Of a DNA stretch of 64,000 bases, positions 1-8,958 are shown in pieces. The stretch's first letter is position 1. Every line of letters begins with the position of its first letter. The notes under the pieces were generated by a model. It made no database searches, was not told the DNA's origin, and worked only from the letters and a program-made list of their open reading frames with translations. The position numbers and the translations under genes are program-made. This DNA comes from a bacterium (GTDB lineage Bacteria; UBP6; UBA1177; JAKLFG01): NCBI GenBank assembly GCA_022709425.1, contig JAKLIW010000005.1, positions 1,422 through 65,421 of the forward strand, in the 5' to 3' direction.

Positions 1-567
1 GTTTAGAACGGTAACAATACAGTCGGTATTTATGTAGCCAGAATTTGTCCATATTTTGCCCATGTCGCCGGTCGTTGTTCCTATGACGTATATGTTGTTT
101 TTGTTGTCGATAGCAAACGCGCCCGTGACGATTTCTTGCCTATCGGTGCCCCATTGGTAAGTTTTTACTTTTTTATTATCGGTGATGATCTTCAAATACA
201 TGTCTGCATCGGTTGAATGGTCAAATCTGAAATTGAGAGTACCGCCCACATAAATCCTGTTGTTATGATATTTGGTCCATAACGGTGTGTCTGCGGCGGC
301 GGTGCCCCACTGATAGTATTTAAGAATGCCGTCTTTTGCCCACGGGATATCTTCTTCTTCGCTGATGGTCCACTGAGGCGGGTGTCCAACTGCGGCATCG
401 CTATCGTCAATGAAAATGTCGTTGGTTTCGTTCTCGATGTTATTATCGATTACTTCGTTGTCAGTTGGTTGGCCATCATCTTTTTCTCCGTTAGCCTTTT
501 TAGAGCAAGAACAGGCAAAAATAAAAATAAAAAAGGGCAATAAAAAAACAAAGAAACGAGGCAACAT
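1..567 (-). CDS. Lipoprotein with beta-propeller (SBBP-like) repeat, C-terminally truncated by window edge
   Basis: Own reverse-complement translation runs from ATG at 567 to position 1 without stop: MLPRFFVFLLPFFIFIFACSCS... Signal peptide plus lipobox Cys. Motifs YVGGT and NNIYVIGTTTGDMG resemble SBBP beta-propeller repeats. GGAGG sits 7 nt upstream. Local GC is about 40%, well below the rest of the window. Confidence 0.55.
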   Translation of the reverse strand, partial: MLPRFFVFLLPFFIFIFACSCSKKANGEKDDGQPTDNEVIDNNIENETNDIFIDDSDAAVGHPPQWTISEEEDIPWAKDGILKYYQWGTAAADTPLWTKYHNNRIYVGGTLNFRFDHSTDADMYLKIITDNKKVKTYQWGTDRQEIVTGAFAIDNKNNIYVIGTTTGDMGKIWTNSGYINTDCIVTVLN

Positions 568-679
568 ATTTTCCTCCCATGAAAGAAACATGGCAATGAA
601 GATTTTTATTGATTTTTTTTTTTCAAATCAAGTTTTATTTCATTGTTGCGGGCGCACAATTTCATTTTGGAGGTTTATC

Positions 680-1090
680 ATGAAGAAGTTTTTCCTTGTT
701 TCCTTGTTTTTGTTTGGTTTTGTGACGGCACATGCCGTCGGAACGCCCAACATCGGCGAATGTACAAGAAATTCAGCCTGTACGAACTTTTACTGTTACT
801 GGTCTTCTGTGGGCGATGCCGATTACTATGAATGGAAAGCGGAAGTCAATGGGGTTAGTGGTTGCGGAACGTGGTGTCAAATGGATGAGGATGATACTAC
901 AGGGACGTCATTTTCTACTAACGATGTCTTTTTGGGTGCATATTCCACTTATTGGAAAGGTTCGGTTCGCTCTGTAGCATACATCCCGATACAGGTCTGG
1001 AACCCGATTACCAGAACTTGGTATATCACATGGGTACCGGGAGAATTTAGTTCATGGGACAGCTATCCTGTTAGCGTCGTAAATTGTTAA
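680..1090 (+). CDS. Small secreted Cys-rich protein (hypothetical)
   Basis: In-frame ATG at 680 inside track ORF 410..1090 gives MKKFFLVSLFLFGFVTAHA, a clean signal peptide, with GGAGG 6 nt upstream. The mature part is about 115 aa with 7 Cys and many aromatics. Low-GC region. Confidence 0.5.
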   Translation: MKKFFLVSLFLFGFVTAHAVGTPNIGECTRNSACTNFYCYWSSVGDADYYEWKAEVNGVSGCGTWCQMDEDDTTGTSFSTNDVFLGAYSTYWKGSVRSVAYIPIQVWNPITRTWYITWVPGEFSSWDSYPVSVVNC

Positions 1091-1151
1091 CAATTAAAAG
1101 TTGATATCGTGCGCCCGCATCGATCATATGTGCCAAGACAAGAGATGTCTT

Positions 1152-2027
1152 CTAGAACAGTATCCGCATCGTCAGTCCCGCCGGGAGCGCCGCTCCCGAC
1201 TCACCCGGAATATGCAACGATAGACTTTCCAATGACCGTACCGCGCCGAAGGTCCGTTTAAGTTCACTGCGAATGTCGGCCGCCTTGAGTGCCGAATCGT
1301 GGCAGGAAAAAAGTAAGAACAACGGTCTTTCCGACAGCAGTTCCTGCGCCGTTTTCAGCAGGTCGGGGAGATCGTCGGCCAGTTTCCACCGTTTGCCGTC
1401 GGGGCCGCGGCCGAAGGCGGGCGGGTCGAGGACGATGCCGTCGTAGCGGCGGTTCCGTTTCACCTCGCGCCGCAGGAAGGTCATCACATCGTCGACTATC
1501 CACCGGACCGGCGCGTCGGGACGGCCGTTGAGCGCCGTGTTGCGCCGCGCGGTGGCCACCGCGCTCTTCGCGCCGTCCAAATGGCAGAGGGACAGTGGGT
1601 GCGGCGTGAGGGCGGCGAGCATCGCCAGCGTCGAGCCGCCGGTGTAGCCGAAGGCGTTGATAAGGGTCAGTTCGCGGTCGGCCATCGCGATGACATCACG
1701 TAGCCAGCGCCAGTTGGCGAGCTGTTCGGGGAAGATTCCCACCTGTCCCTGCGGTGAGAGCGCCAGTTCAAACCGGATATCATCCACCGTCACCAGCCAC
1801 GGTTCCTCGATATGGTGGAATCGTTTCCAACTGCCGCCGGTCTCGTCCCGGGTGAAGCGGGCGAAAGCCTCCGGCCACAGATCGGGCGTCAGTTGCGGGC
1901 CGACCGCCTGCGGGGCGGGGCGGTCGAGTATGATGCCGCCGAACGATTCGAGCCTGCGGCCGTCGCCGTGGTCAAGCAGGCGATAACGCTCACGGTCGGG
2001 TGTACTGCTGTTCGGTGTGGTCGTCAT
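1152..2027 (-). CDS. Class I SAM-dependent (rRNA) methyltransferase, RlmI/YccW-like without PUA domain
   Basis: 291 aa. Rossmann SAM-binding region FGYTGGSTLAM and DPPAFGRG catalytic-type motif, typical of the RlmI/RlmK family. Confidence 0.6.
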   Translation of the reverse strand: MTTTPNSSTPDRERYRLLDHGDGRRLESFGGIILDRPAPQAVGPQLTPDLWPEAFARFTRDETGGSWKRFHHIEEPWLVTVDDIRFELALSPQGQVGIFPEQLANWRWLRDVIAMADRELTLINAFGYTGGSTLAMLAALTPHPLSLCHLDGAKSAVATARRNTALNGRPDAPVRWIVDDVMTFLRREVKRNRRYDGIVLDPPAFGRGPDGKRWKLADDLPDLLKTAQELLSERPLFLLFSCHDSALKAADIRSELKRTFGAVRSLESLSLHIPGESGAALPAGLTMRILF

Positions 2028-2095
2028 GCCTCTGTGCCGCCGTTACGGATTGATGGAGTATATCTGAGAAGCGGGGAGAGGTCAAGATTGTGGGT

Positions 2096-5000
2096 TCAGC
2101 GGCCGCTCCATTCCTTTAGCGCCTTTCCGGTGGCAGAAGCGGCGTCACGCATCAGTTCCCACGGGGTGCCGGTGAACAGGAGTTTCCCACCGTCGGGACC
2201 GCCGCCGGGGCCGAGGTCGATCACCGTGTCGGCCGCCGCGATGAGCGGTTCGCTGTGGGTCGCCATGAGAATGGTCGAACCGTGGCGCGCGATGTCGCTG
2301 AAAAGCGCGCAAAGTTCCGCGATGTCGGCCGGGTGGAGCCCCGCCTCCGGTTCGTCGAGGAGGTAGAGCACCTGCTCTTTCCCCTTGCCGGCGATGAGCC
2401 GCGCCGCGAGGTGAAGCCGCTGGAGTTCGCCCGCCGAACAGCGGTCGGTCGCCTGTCCCATGGTGAGATAGCCGAGCCCCGCCTTCTCGAGTATCGCCAG
2501 CCCGTGCGCCATTACTTTATCGCCGCTGAACAGCGTTGTGCCGTCGCGCACCGTCAGTGTGTGGATGTCGGCGATACTCTTTTCGTGCAGGCGGACGGTC
2601 AGCACCTCGGGGTTGAAGCGCGCGCCGTTGCAGGCGGGACAGGGCGCCTCGACATCGGGAAGGAAGTCGAGCGCCACCGTTTCGCGGCCGCTCCCTTTGC
2701 AGGTCTCGCACCGTCCCGATGCCGTCAGAAAACTGAAATGGCTCTTGGTGAAGCCGCGTTCTTTTGCTTCGGGCGTCGCCGCGAAAAGATTCCGCAGACG
2801 GTCGGCGAGCCCCGTGGCGGTCAGCAGGGTGCTCATGACCGACGCGGTGTGGCGCATCCGTTCGAGCGACAGGATATCGCTGAACCGGTCGAGTCCGGCG
2901 ATGGCGGCGCATTCCTGCGGATGGCCCGCCGCACCGCTCGCGGCGATGACCGCGAACAAAAGCGACGATTTGCCGCTCCCCGACCGGCCGGTCAGCGCGA
3001 CGACCGCCGGGACCGGGATATCGAGCGTCAAACTTTTAAGATTATGAGCGTCTGCTTTTTCGATGTGGATGACCGCCTCCGGTGCATTGCTTTTTCTCTC
3101 CGGCACCGTACCGTGCAGATGATCGCCGGTGAGCGTTACGCCGGGACGGAGCAGTTCGTCGGGCGTTCCCGCGGCGGTGATGCGTCCCCCTTCCGAACCG
3201 GCGCCGGGGCCCAGTTCGACCATCCGGTCGGCCATCCGCATGAGCTGCGGCGCATGATCGACCGTGATGAGGGTGTTCCCGGCGGCGGGGACCTCACGGA
3301 GCAGTTTCCCCAGTTCGGCGCGGTCGGCCGGATGGAGTCCGCGTCCCGGTTCGTCTATCACATAGCAGACGCCGGTGAGGCCGTTGAAGAGTATCGCTGC
3401 GATGCCGAGCCGCCGGTATTCGCCGCCCGAAAGCGACATCGTTTTGCGGTCGGGCGACAGGTAGCCGAGTCCGACGCGGACAAGCGCTTCGAGGCGGGGG
3501 ATGAGGGCGTCGACGATCGTCCGTTCCTCCGGTTTCATGGCTGAAATTCCGCTAAAGAATTTGAGCGCGGCGGCGGCGGGAAGCGCCGAGAGTTGGTCTA
3601 TCGTCGTGCCGAACACCGTGACAGACCGGGCGATGGCGTTGAGTCCGCTCGCGGTGCAGGCGGCGCAGGGGATATCGCTCATCACCATCTCGATCGTCTT
3701 GCCGCGGGTGTTGTCGTGCCGCAGCAGGTACTCCTCCTCGACGAGCGGCAAGAGTCCTTTCCAGACGCTGGTGAACCGATGCGCTCCGTCGCGGGCGCCC
3801 CGCTTGAAATGCCAGTCGACCGCGTAGACCGTGTCGCCGGCGCCGTTCAGTATCAGGTCGCGCGCCGCGTCGGAGAGGGCGTTGTAGGGTTGCGTCAGGT
3901 CGATGCCGTGGACGGCGCACATCGCCTGCAGCATCGCGATGGTCTTGCCGTCGGGTTCGCCGTAGGAGCGGCCGGTCGGCGTTCCGTCGAGCGCTCCGGC
4001 GATGAGCGGCCGGTCGGGATGCGATATCAGTTTAAGGGGATCGGTCTTGCGCAGGAAGCCGAGCCCGCGGCACTCGGGGCAGGCGCCCTCTTCATGGTTC
4101 GGCGAGAACTGCGCCGCGCGCCAACCGGCCCCGGCACTACGGGCGAAGAGGAGCCGGTAGTGATCCTGAATATCGGTCACGGTGCCGACGGTCGAGCGCG
4201 GATGGCCCCGGTCGGTGTCCTGTGCGCCGATCCCGACGGCCGGGAGCAGTCCGCTCCACGAACCGGCCTCCGCGCCGCCCGGCGTATCGAGGCGACTGCG
4301 CAGATAGCTCGGAAAGGTCTCCAGATAACTGTTGCGGCCGATGGCGTAGAGCGTGTCGAAGACGAGCGACGACTTGCCGCTTCCCGATCGGCCGGTCACC
4401 ATCGTCCAGCGGTTCTCGGGGAACGAGACAGTGACCTGCTTGAGATTGTTGGTGGTGACGGCATTAAGCGTGAGCGGCATTTCATGGGGGGCAGACTTCT
4501 CACCGCCGACGAAGGATTCCCCACCGGCGCAGAAGGCCCGAAGTGCAGCGGCGGTGAGACTGTCGGGATGGTTCAGTACCTCGGCGGGCGTGCCGGTCGC
4601 GACGACCTTCCCGCCGTGGTGGCCGCTTCCCGGTCCCATGTCGATAAGATGATCGGCGGCGTGGATGAGCCGCAGATCGTGGGTCACCGCGACGACGGTG
4701 TTGCCGCGCCGCACCAGATCGTTCAGCGCTTTGGCAAGGAGCGCGGTATCGGCCGGATGGAGTCCGACGGTCGGTTCGTCGAAGATGTAGAGGTCGTTGC
4801 CTCCCTCTTTCTTGCCGAGCGCGGCAGCCAGTTTCAGCCGCTGCGCCTCGCCGCCCGAAAGGGTGGTCGCGGGCTGGCCGAGGGTGATATAGCCGAGTCC
4901 GAGCGAACACAAGATATCGAGGAATCGCCCGATGGGACGGTCGTCGGCGAAGAAGAGCAATGCTTCGGCGATGGAGAGATCGAGCACTGCGGCGATGTTC

Positions 5001-6928
5001 CTGCCGCCCAGTTCCACCTCCTGTACCGCCGCGCTGAACCGCTTGCCGTCGCAGGCCTCGCACACCACCTCGGAGCGGCCGAGGAAGTGGAGCCCGAGTT
5101 CGCGCACCCCGGCCCCTTCGCATGCCTCGCAACGCCCTCCCGGCACATTGAACGAGAAGTGACTCGCGGTGAGGCCGCGCTCGACTGCCGTCGGTAGCGC
5201 CGCGAACCGTTTGCGGATATCGTCGAAGAGTTTGGTATAGGTGGCGGGATTGCTGCGCGGATTGCGGCCGATGGGCGACTGGTCGGTGAAGCGGACGGAC
5301 CCGACCGTTCGTTCGGCCGCAGGCATAGTCTCCAACTGTTCGACGAGACATTCCACGAGCGTTGACTTCCCGGCGCCGCTTACCCCGGTCACGACGGTGA
5401 GTCCTTTGTGCAAGAACGCCGCATCGACGCGCTGCAGGTTGTTCTTCGTCGCGCCGCGTACCCACAGATAGTTCGCATTGATCGGTACCGTTGCGTTCGG
5501 CTTAGGAGAGCCCTCTTTTTCCTGCACCAGCGTCCGCGCCGTCGCGCTCTTTGCGTGGTACTCCGGCCGCAGGATGTCGGCGGGCGTTCCGGCGAAGACC
5601 ACCTCGCCGCCCGCATCGCCGGGGCCGGGACCGATGTCGATGAGATGGTCGGCGTGCCGCGCCGCCGCGAGGTTATGGTCGACCGCAATGACGGTGTTCC
5701 CGGTGTCGCGCAGGCTCTTGAGAAGCGTTATCAGCCGCCGGTGATCGGCCGGATGGAGCCCCGCCGACGGCTCGTCGAGGATGTAGAGCATCCCGCGTAT
5801 CCGGTTCTCGAGTTGTGTGGCTAACCGCAGGCGCTGGAGTTCGCCGCCCGAGAGCGTTTCGGCGCCGCGCGCCACCGGCAGGTAGTCGATCCCGAGCGCC
5901 GCGCAGTGCGCCGCCTGCCGTCCGACCGCCGCCGCGATGGAACTGAGCGGTCCGCTTTTCCGTGCCGCCGCGACCTCCGCCACCCACGCCGCGAGTTCGG
6001 CGATGGGGAGCGCAGAGGCGTCGGTTATCGTCCGGCCCGCTATCGTGACGCTCCGGGCGCGGTCGTTCAGCCGCGTGCCGCCGCAGGACTTGCACGGGAC
6101 GCTGCGGACGAAGCGGAGGATATTCTTGTTGCGGTCGCGTTTCAGGATCTCCTCCATCACCGGGAGGATGCCGCGATAGTAACCCTCTTCGCGCGGTTTG
6201 GCCTTGATGCCGGTCCATTTCATCCGGCTTTCGAGCGGGTGTTTGCCGTAGGGTATCAGTATCTTTTCCGAGCCGTAGAGGACGATGTGTTTCTGTTCTT
6301 CGGTGAGGTCGCGCCACGCGATGTCGACCGAGAAACCGTGGGCGCGGCATACCTCGTCGAGGACCGCCATCGTCACCTGCGAATACATGATGTAGCCCGA
6401 CGGGGTGGTGATGGCAAAGGCGCCGTCGCGCAGGGTACGCGCCGGGTCGGCGATGAGTTTATCGAGGTCGAGCGAATCTTCCACCCCGAGCCCGCCGCAG
6501 GCGGGGCAGGCGCCATCGGGTGTATTGAACGAGAAAAGCGAGCGGTTCGGTTTCACTCCCTCCGGTGCAACACCAAAGCGGGCGAACATCAGCCGCAGGA
6601 GGTCATAGAGTCCCGAGAGCGTCCCGACGGTCGAGCGCGGGCTGGTGACGCCGGTGCGCTGGTCGACCGATACGGCGGGGAGAAGCCCCGTCATCTCCTT
6701 CACCTCGGGGCGGTGGACCTTGCGGAGGTACTGGCGGGTGTAGGTCGAGAAGGTCCCCATGAAACGGCGCATGCTCTCGTGGAATATCGTGTCGTAGACG
6801 AGCGACGACTTGCCGCTGCCCGAGACGCCGGTGACGACGGTGAAGGCGTTGTGCGGGATGGTGACATCAATGTGTTTGAGGTTATGTTCCGCGGCGCCGC
6901 GTATCTCGATCGCCTTCCGACCGCTCAT
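2096..6928 (-). CDS. UvrA-like ABC ATPase, tandem-fused double unit (1610 aa, four ABC modules)
   Basis: Four Walker A motifs at residues about 34, 505, 810 and 1275 (GVSGSGKSSL, GVSGAGKSTL, GRSGSGKSSL, GRSGSGKSSL). Four LSGGE-type signatures (LSGGELQRL, LSGGEAQRL, LSGGEYRRL, SAGELQRL). Cys-pair zinc modules (CPAC, CKSC, CEAC, CPEC, CAAC, CETC). Each half is about 800 aa, roughly 140 aa shorter than canonical UvrA. Confidence 0.8.
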   Translation of the reverse strand: MSGRKAIEIRGAAEHNLKHIDVTIPHNAFTVVTGVSGSGKSSLVYDTIFHESMRRFMGTFSTYTRQYLRKVHRPEVKEMTGLLPAVSVDQRTGVTSPRSTVGTLSGLYDLLRLMFARFGVAPEGVKPNRSLFSFNTPDGACPACGGLGVEDSLDLDKLIADPARTLRDGAFAITTPSGYIMYSQVTMAVLDEVCRAHGFSVDIAWRDLTEEQKHIVLYGSEKILIPYGKHPLESRMKWTGIKAKPREEGYYRGILPVMEEILKRDRNKNILRFVRSVPCKSCGGTRLNDRARSVTIAGRTITDASALPIAELAAWVAEVAAARKSGPLSSIAAAVGRQAAHCAALGIDYLPVARGAETLSGGELQRLRLATQLENRIRGMLYILDEPSAGLHPADHRRLITLLKSLRDTGNTVIAVDHNLAAARHADHLIDIGPGPGDAGGEVVFAGTPADILRPEYHAKSATARTLVQEKEGSPKPNATVPINANYLWVRGATKNNLQRVDAAFLHKGLTVVTGVSGAGKSTLVECLVEQLETMPAAERTVGSVRFTDQSPIGRNPRSNPATYTKLFDDIRKRFAALPTAVERGLTASHFSFNVPGGRCEACEGAGVRELGLHFLGRSEVVCEACDGKRFSAAVQEVELGGRNIAAVLDLSIAEALLFFADDRPIGRFLDILCSLGLGYITLGQPATTLSGGEAQRLKLAAALGKKEGGNDLYIFDEPTVGLHPADTALLAKALNDLVRRGNTVVAVTHDLRLIHAADHLIDMGPGSGHHGGKVVATGTPAEVLNHPDSLTAAALRAFCAGGESFVGGEKSAPHEMPLTLNAVTTNNLKQVTVSFPENRWTMVTGRSGSGKSSLVFDTLYAIGRNSYLETFPSYLRSRLDTPGGAEAGSWSGLLPAVGIGAQDTDRGHPRSTVGTVTDIQDHYRLLFARSAGAGWRAAQFSPNHEEGACPECRGLGFLRKTDPLKLISHPDRPLIAGALDGTPTGRSYGEPDGKTIAMLQAMCAVHGIDLTQPYNALSDAARDLILNGAGDTVYAVDWHFKRGARDGAHRFTSVWKGLLPLVEEEYLLRHDNTRGKTIEMVMSDIPCAACTASGLNAIARSVTVFGTTIDQLSALPAAAALKFFSGISAMKPEERTIVDALIPRLEALVRVGLGYLSPDRKTMSLSGGEYRRLGIAAILFNGLTGVCYVIDEPGRGLHPADRAELGKLLREVPAAGNTLITVDHAPQLMRMADRMVELGPGAGSEGGRITAAGTPDELLRPGVTLTGDHLHGTVPERKSNAPEAVIHIEKADAHNLKSLTLDIPVPAVVALTGRSGSGKSSLLFAVIAASGAAGHPQECAAIAGLDRFSDILSLERMRHTASVMSTLLTATGLADRLRNLFAATPEAKERGFTKSHFSFLTASGRCETCKGSGRETVALDFLPDVEAPCPACNGARFNPEVLTVRLHEKSIADIHTLTVRDGTTLFSGDKVMAHGLAILEKAGLGYLTMGQATDRCSAGELQRLHLAARLIAGKGKEQVLYLLDEPEAGLHPADIAELCALFSDIARHGSTILMATHSEPLIAAADTVIDLGPGGGPDGGKLLFTGTPWELMRDAASATGKALKEWSGR

Positions 6929-7138
6929 CGGGTCTCCGTATCACTGCCGCTCGCAGGGTAAAACAACCACCCGAAAAGTCAAAAAAGAGGAGGCTTCTTG
7001 CAGTGTCCATATACTGTTTTTGTCCTTGTCACTTTCTCGAGATCGGATAACCGGCGTTTAAAGTCCGGTATTTAAAGCGGTCGAAGAAGAGTAAGTTCCA
7101 AAAAAATCTTTGAATTTTTCTTGCGTTTTAACCTACAA

Positions 7139-7174
7139 GTGGTATTTTGTGGTATCGAAGTTCTCTCAAGTGGG
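7139..7174 (+). promoter_or_regulatory. Putative MraZ operator: GTGGT-N5-GTGGT direct repeats plus downstream GTGGG
   Basis: GTGGT at 7139-7143 and 7149-7153 with 10-bp periodicity, and GTGGG at 7170-7174, immediately upstream of the mraZ start. MraZ family regulators are known to bind GTGGG-like direct repeats at their own promoter. Confidence 0.35.
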
Positions 7175-7179
7175 AGCAC

Positions 7180-7662
7180 ATGGACACAAAACGCCACTTT
7201 CAAGGCCGTAATCAGTACAAGGTCGACATGAAGGGTCGCATTCCCTTCCCGGCCCACTGGTTCGCCCCGCTCGACCTGAAGCGCGACGAGACGCTCATCG
7301 CCGCCCGCGGTATGAGTCCCGACGCGAAATTCCTCGAACTCTATTCGCCCGCCGGCTGGGCCGCCCGCGTCGAACTGATCGAACGTGCTTTCCCCGAAGG
7401 GAAACTGCGTGAGACCTTCATCCGCTGGTATGTATCGACGGCCGAACCGGTGGAACTCGACACGCAGAACCGTATCCGTATCCCGCGCCACCTGATGGAA
7501 CACGCCCGCATCGATAAAGAGATGGTGCTCCTCGGCTGTATCGACCACATCGAGGCATGGGCGAAGGAGAATCTGGAGAAGAGCGAGACGATGGAACCGG
7601 CCGCTTTCGAGCAGATCTACGATATCCTCAACAAGGCGAAGAACACCGAACAGAAGGGGTAA
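7180..7662 (+). CDS. mraZ: Transcriptional regulator MraZ
   Basis: MDTKRHFQGRNQYKVDMKGRIPFP... has the duplicated MraZ/SpoVT-AbrB architecture. First gene of the dcw cluster. Start moved to the internal ATG at 7180 (GGGAG 5 nt upstream). Confidence 0.85.
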   Translation: MDTKRHFQGRNQYKVDMKGRIPFPAHWFAPLDLKRDETLIAARGMSPDAKFLELYSPAGWAARVELIERAFPEGKLRETFIRWYVSTAEPVELDTQNRIRIPRHLMEHARIDKEMVLLGCIDHIEAWAKENLEKSETMEPAAFEQIYDILNKAKNTEQKG

Positions 7663-7666
7663 ACGC

Positions 7667-8578
7667 ATGTCGACACTATACCGGGGCCATCGGCCGGTGC
7701 TTCTCGCGGAGTTCGCGCGGACGGCACCTGAGCGGCTGTCGGTATATGTGGACCTGACGGCGGGCGGCGGCGGACACGCCGAGCAGATAGTGCGGCGCTA
7801 TCCCGCGGCGCGTCTGGTTCTGATCGACCGCGACCGCGCGGCGGTGGACCGGCTCAAAGAGAAATTCGCCGGGATGGAGCGGGTCACCGTGGTGCACGGC
7901 CGCGCCGGTGAAGTGGATAAAATTCTTTTCCTGCTGAAACTCCGCAAAGCCGATTATATCTTCGCCGATCTGGGCGTCAGCAGTTATCAGCTCGACGATC
8001 CGGAGCGCGGCTTCGGCTTCAAGGGCGACGGGCCGCTCGATATGCGGATGGACGATACCAAGGGGATGACGGCGCTCGATCTGGTTCGCCGCTCGACCGA
8101 ACAAGAACTGCAGGAGATCCTGTCGAAGTTCGGCGAGGAACGCGAATCGAAGACGGTGGCAAAAGCGCTCAAGAAAGCGGCGGCGGCCGGTCTTACGACG
8201 ACCAAGCAGTTCCGCGACGCCATCGTGGCGGCCAAGCGGTTCAAGGCGGGCCGCATCGATCCGGCGACGCAGAGCTTCATGGCGCTGCGCATCGCGGTCA
8301 ACGAAGAACTGGCCGAAGTCGAGCGGATGCTGGAGCGGGCCTACATATCGCTGTCGCCCGAAGGGGTGCTGGGCGTCATTACGTTCCATTCGCTCGAGGA
8401 CCGCATCGTGAAGCATTTCTTCACTGACCGCCGTCAGGGGATGCCGCTGCCCGAACCGTTCGGCGACAGCGCGCCGCGCCCGGTGACGCTGGTCAAGGCG
8501 GTCGCGCCCGAAGAGGCGGAGGTGGAGATAAATCCACGGTCGCGCAGCGCGAAACTCAGAGTGCTTATCAAGAACTGA
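7667..8578 (+). CDS. rsmH: 16S rRNA (cytosine1402-N4)-methyltransferase RsmH (MraW)
   Basis: HRPVLL, DLTAGGGGH, DLGVSSYQLD, GPLDMRMD and FHSLEDRIVK motifs. Position 2 of the dcw cluster. Confidence 0.95.
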   Translation: MSTLYRGHRPVLLAEFARTAPERLSVYVDLTAGGGGHAEQIVRRYPAARLVLIDRDRAAVDRLKEKFAGMERVTVVHGRAGEVDKILFLLKLRKADYIFADLGVSSYQLDDPERGFGFKGDGPLDMRMDDTKGMTALDLVRRSTEQELQEILSKFGEERESKTVAKALKKAAAAGLTTTKQFRDAIVAAKRFKAGRIDPATQSFMALRIAVNEELAEVERMLERAYISLSPEGVLGVITFHSLEDRIVKHFFTDRRQGMPLPEPFGDSAPRPVTLVKAVAPEEAEVEINPRSRSAKLRVLIKN

Positions 8579-8598
8579 ATAGAATAAGGGGGTGTGTC

Positions 8599-8949
8599 AT
8601 GTCGGGTGTAGCACAAGTACGAGGCAAACGGGACGCGGCGGTGCCGGTGATCCTCGAGATGCGCAAGGTGCGGGCGAAGCTGGAGCTCTTTTCTCCCGCC
8701 GTTCTGCTGTTCGCTGCGTTCATCACGGTGGTGTCGGTCTTTCTGACGGTCGATTCCTATCTCAAGAGTTATCGCAATTCTCAACTGGTTCATATCAGTT
8801 CATCGGTAGACTCGATGCGGTTCGACAACTTCAAAAAGACCGATCTCGAATCGCAGTATCTGCGGCTCATATCGGCTCCGGCGCTGATGAGTCGGGCCCG
8901 CGGGCTGGATCTGCGGCCGGCGACCAAGGACAGACTCCTGATAAACTGA
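8599..8949 (+). CDS. ftsL: Cell division protein FtsL-like (single-pass membrane protein)
   Basis: 116 aa with one TM helix (LLFAAFITVVSVFLTV) and a coiled-coil-like tail, in the position between rsmH and ftsI. Confidence 0.65.
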   Translation: MSGVAQVRGKRDAAVPVILEMRKVRAKLELFSPAVLLFAAFITVVSVFLTVDSYLKSYRNSQLVHISSSVDSMRFDNFKKTDLESQYLRLISAPALMSRARGLDLRPATKDRLLIN

Positions 8950-8958
8950 TGTGTCCGT

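Noticed and set aside
1118-1140. AAGACA-agaga-TGTCTT hairpin between the small secreted protein gene and the methyltransferase gene as a terminator
   Set aside because: AT-rich 6-bp stem without a following U-run. Too weak to call.
2255-6961. Several 350-530-aa plus-strand ORFs (2255..3544, 3593..5197, 5906..6961) and the minus ORF 4500..5465 inside the UvrA-like gene
   Set aside because: Antisense or out-of-frame GC artefacts. They are Arg/Ala/Gly-rich, have no motifs, and are fully embedded in a gene with four clear ABC modules.
7170-7174. Third GTGGG as an MraZ box
   Set aside because: It lies 6 nt from the mraZ ATG and more likely is just the GGGAG ribosome-binding site. Only the two 10-bp-spaced GTGGT repeats are proposed.
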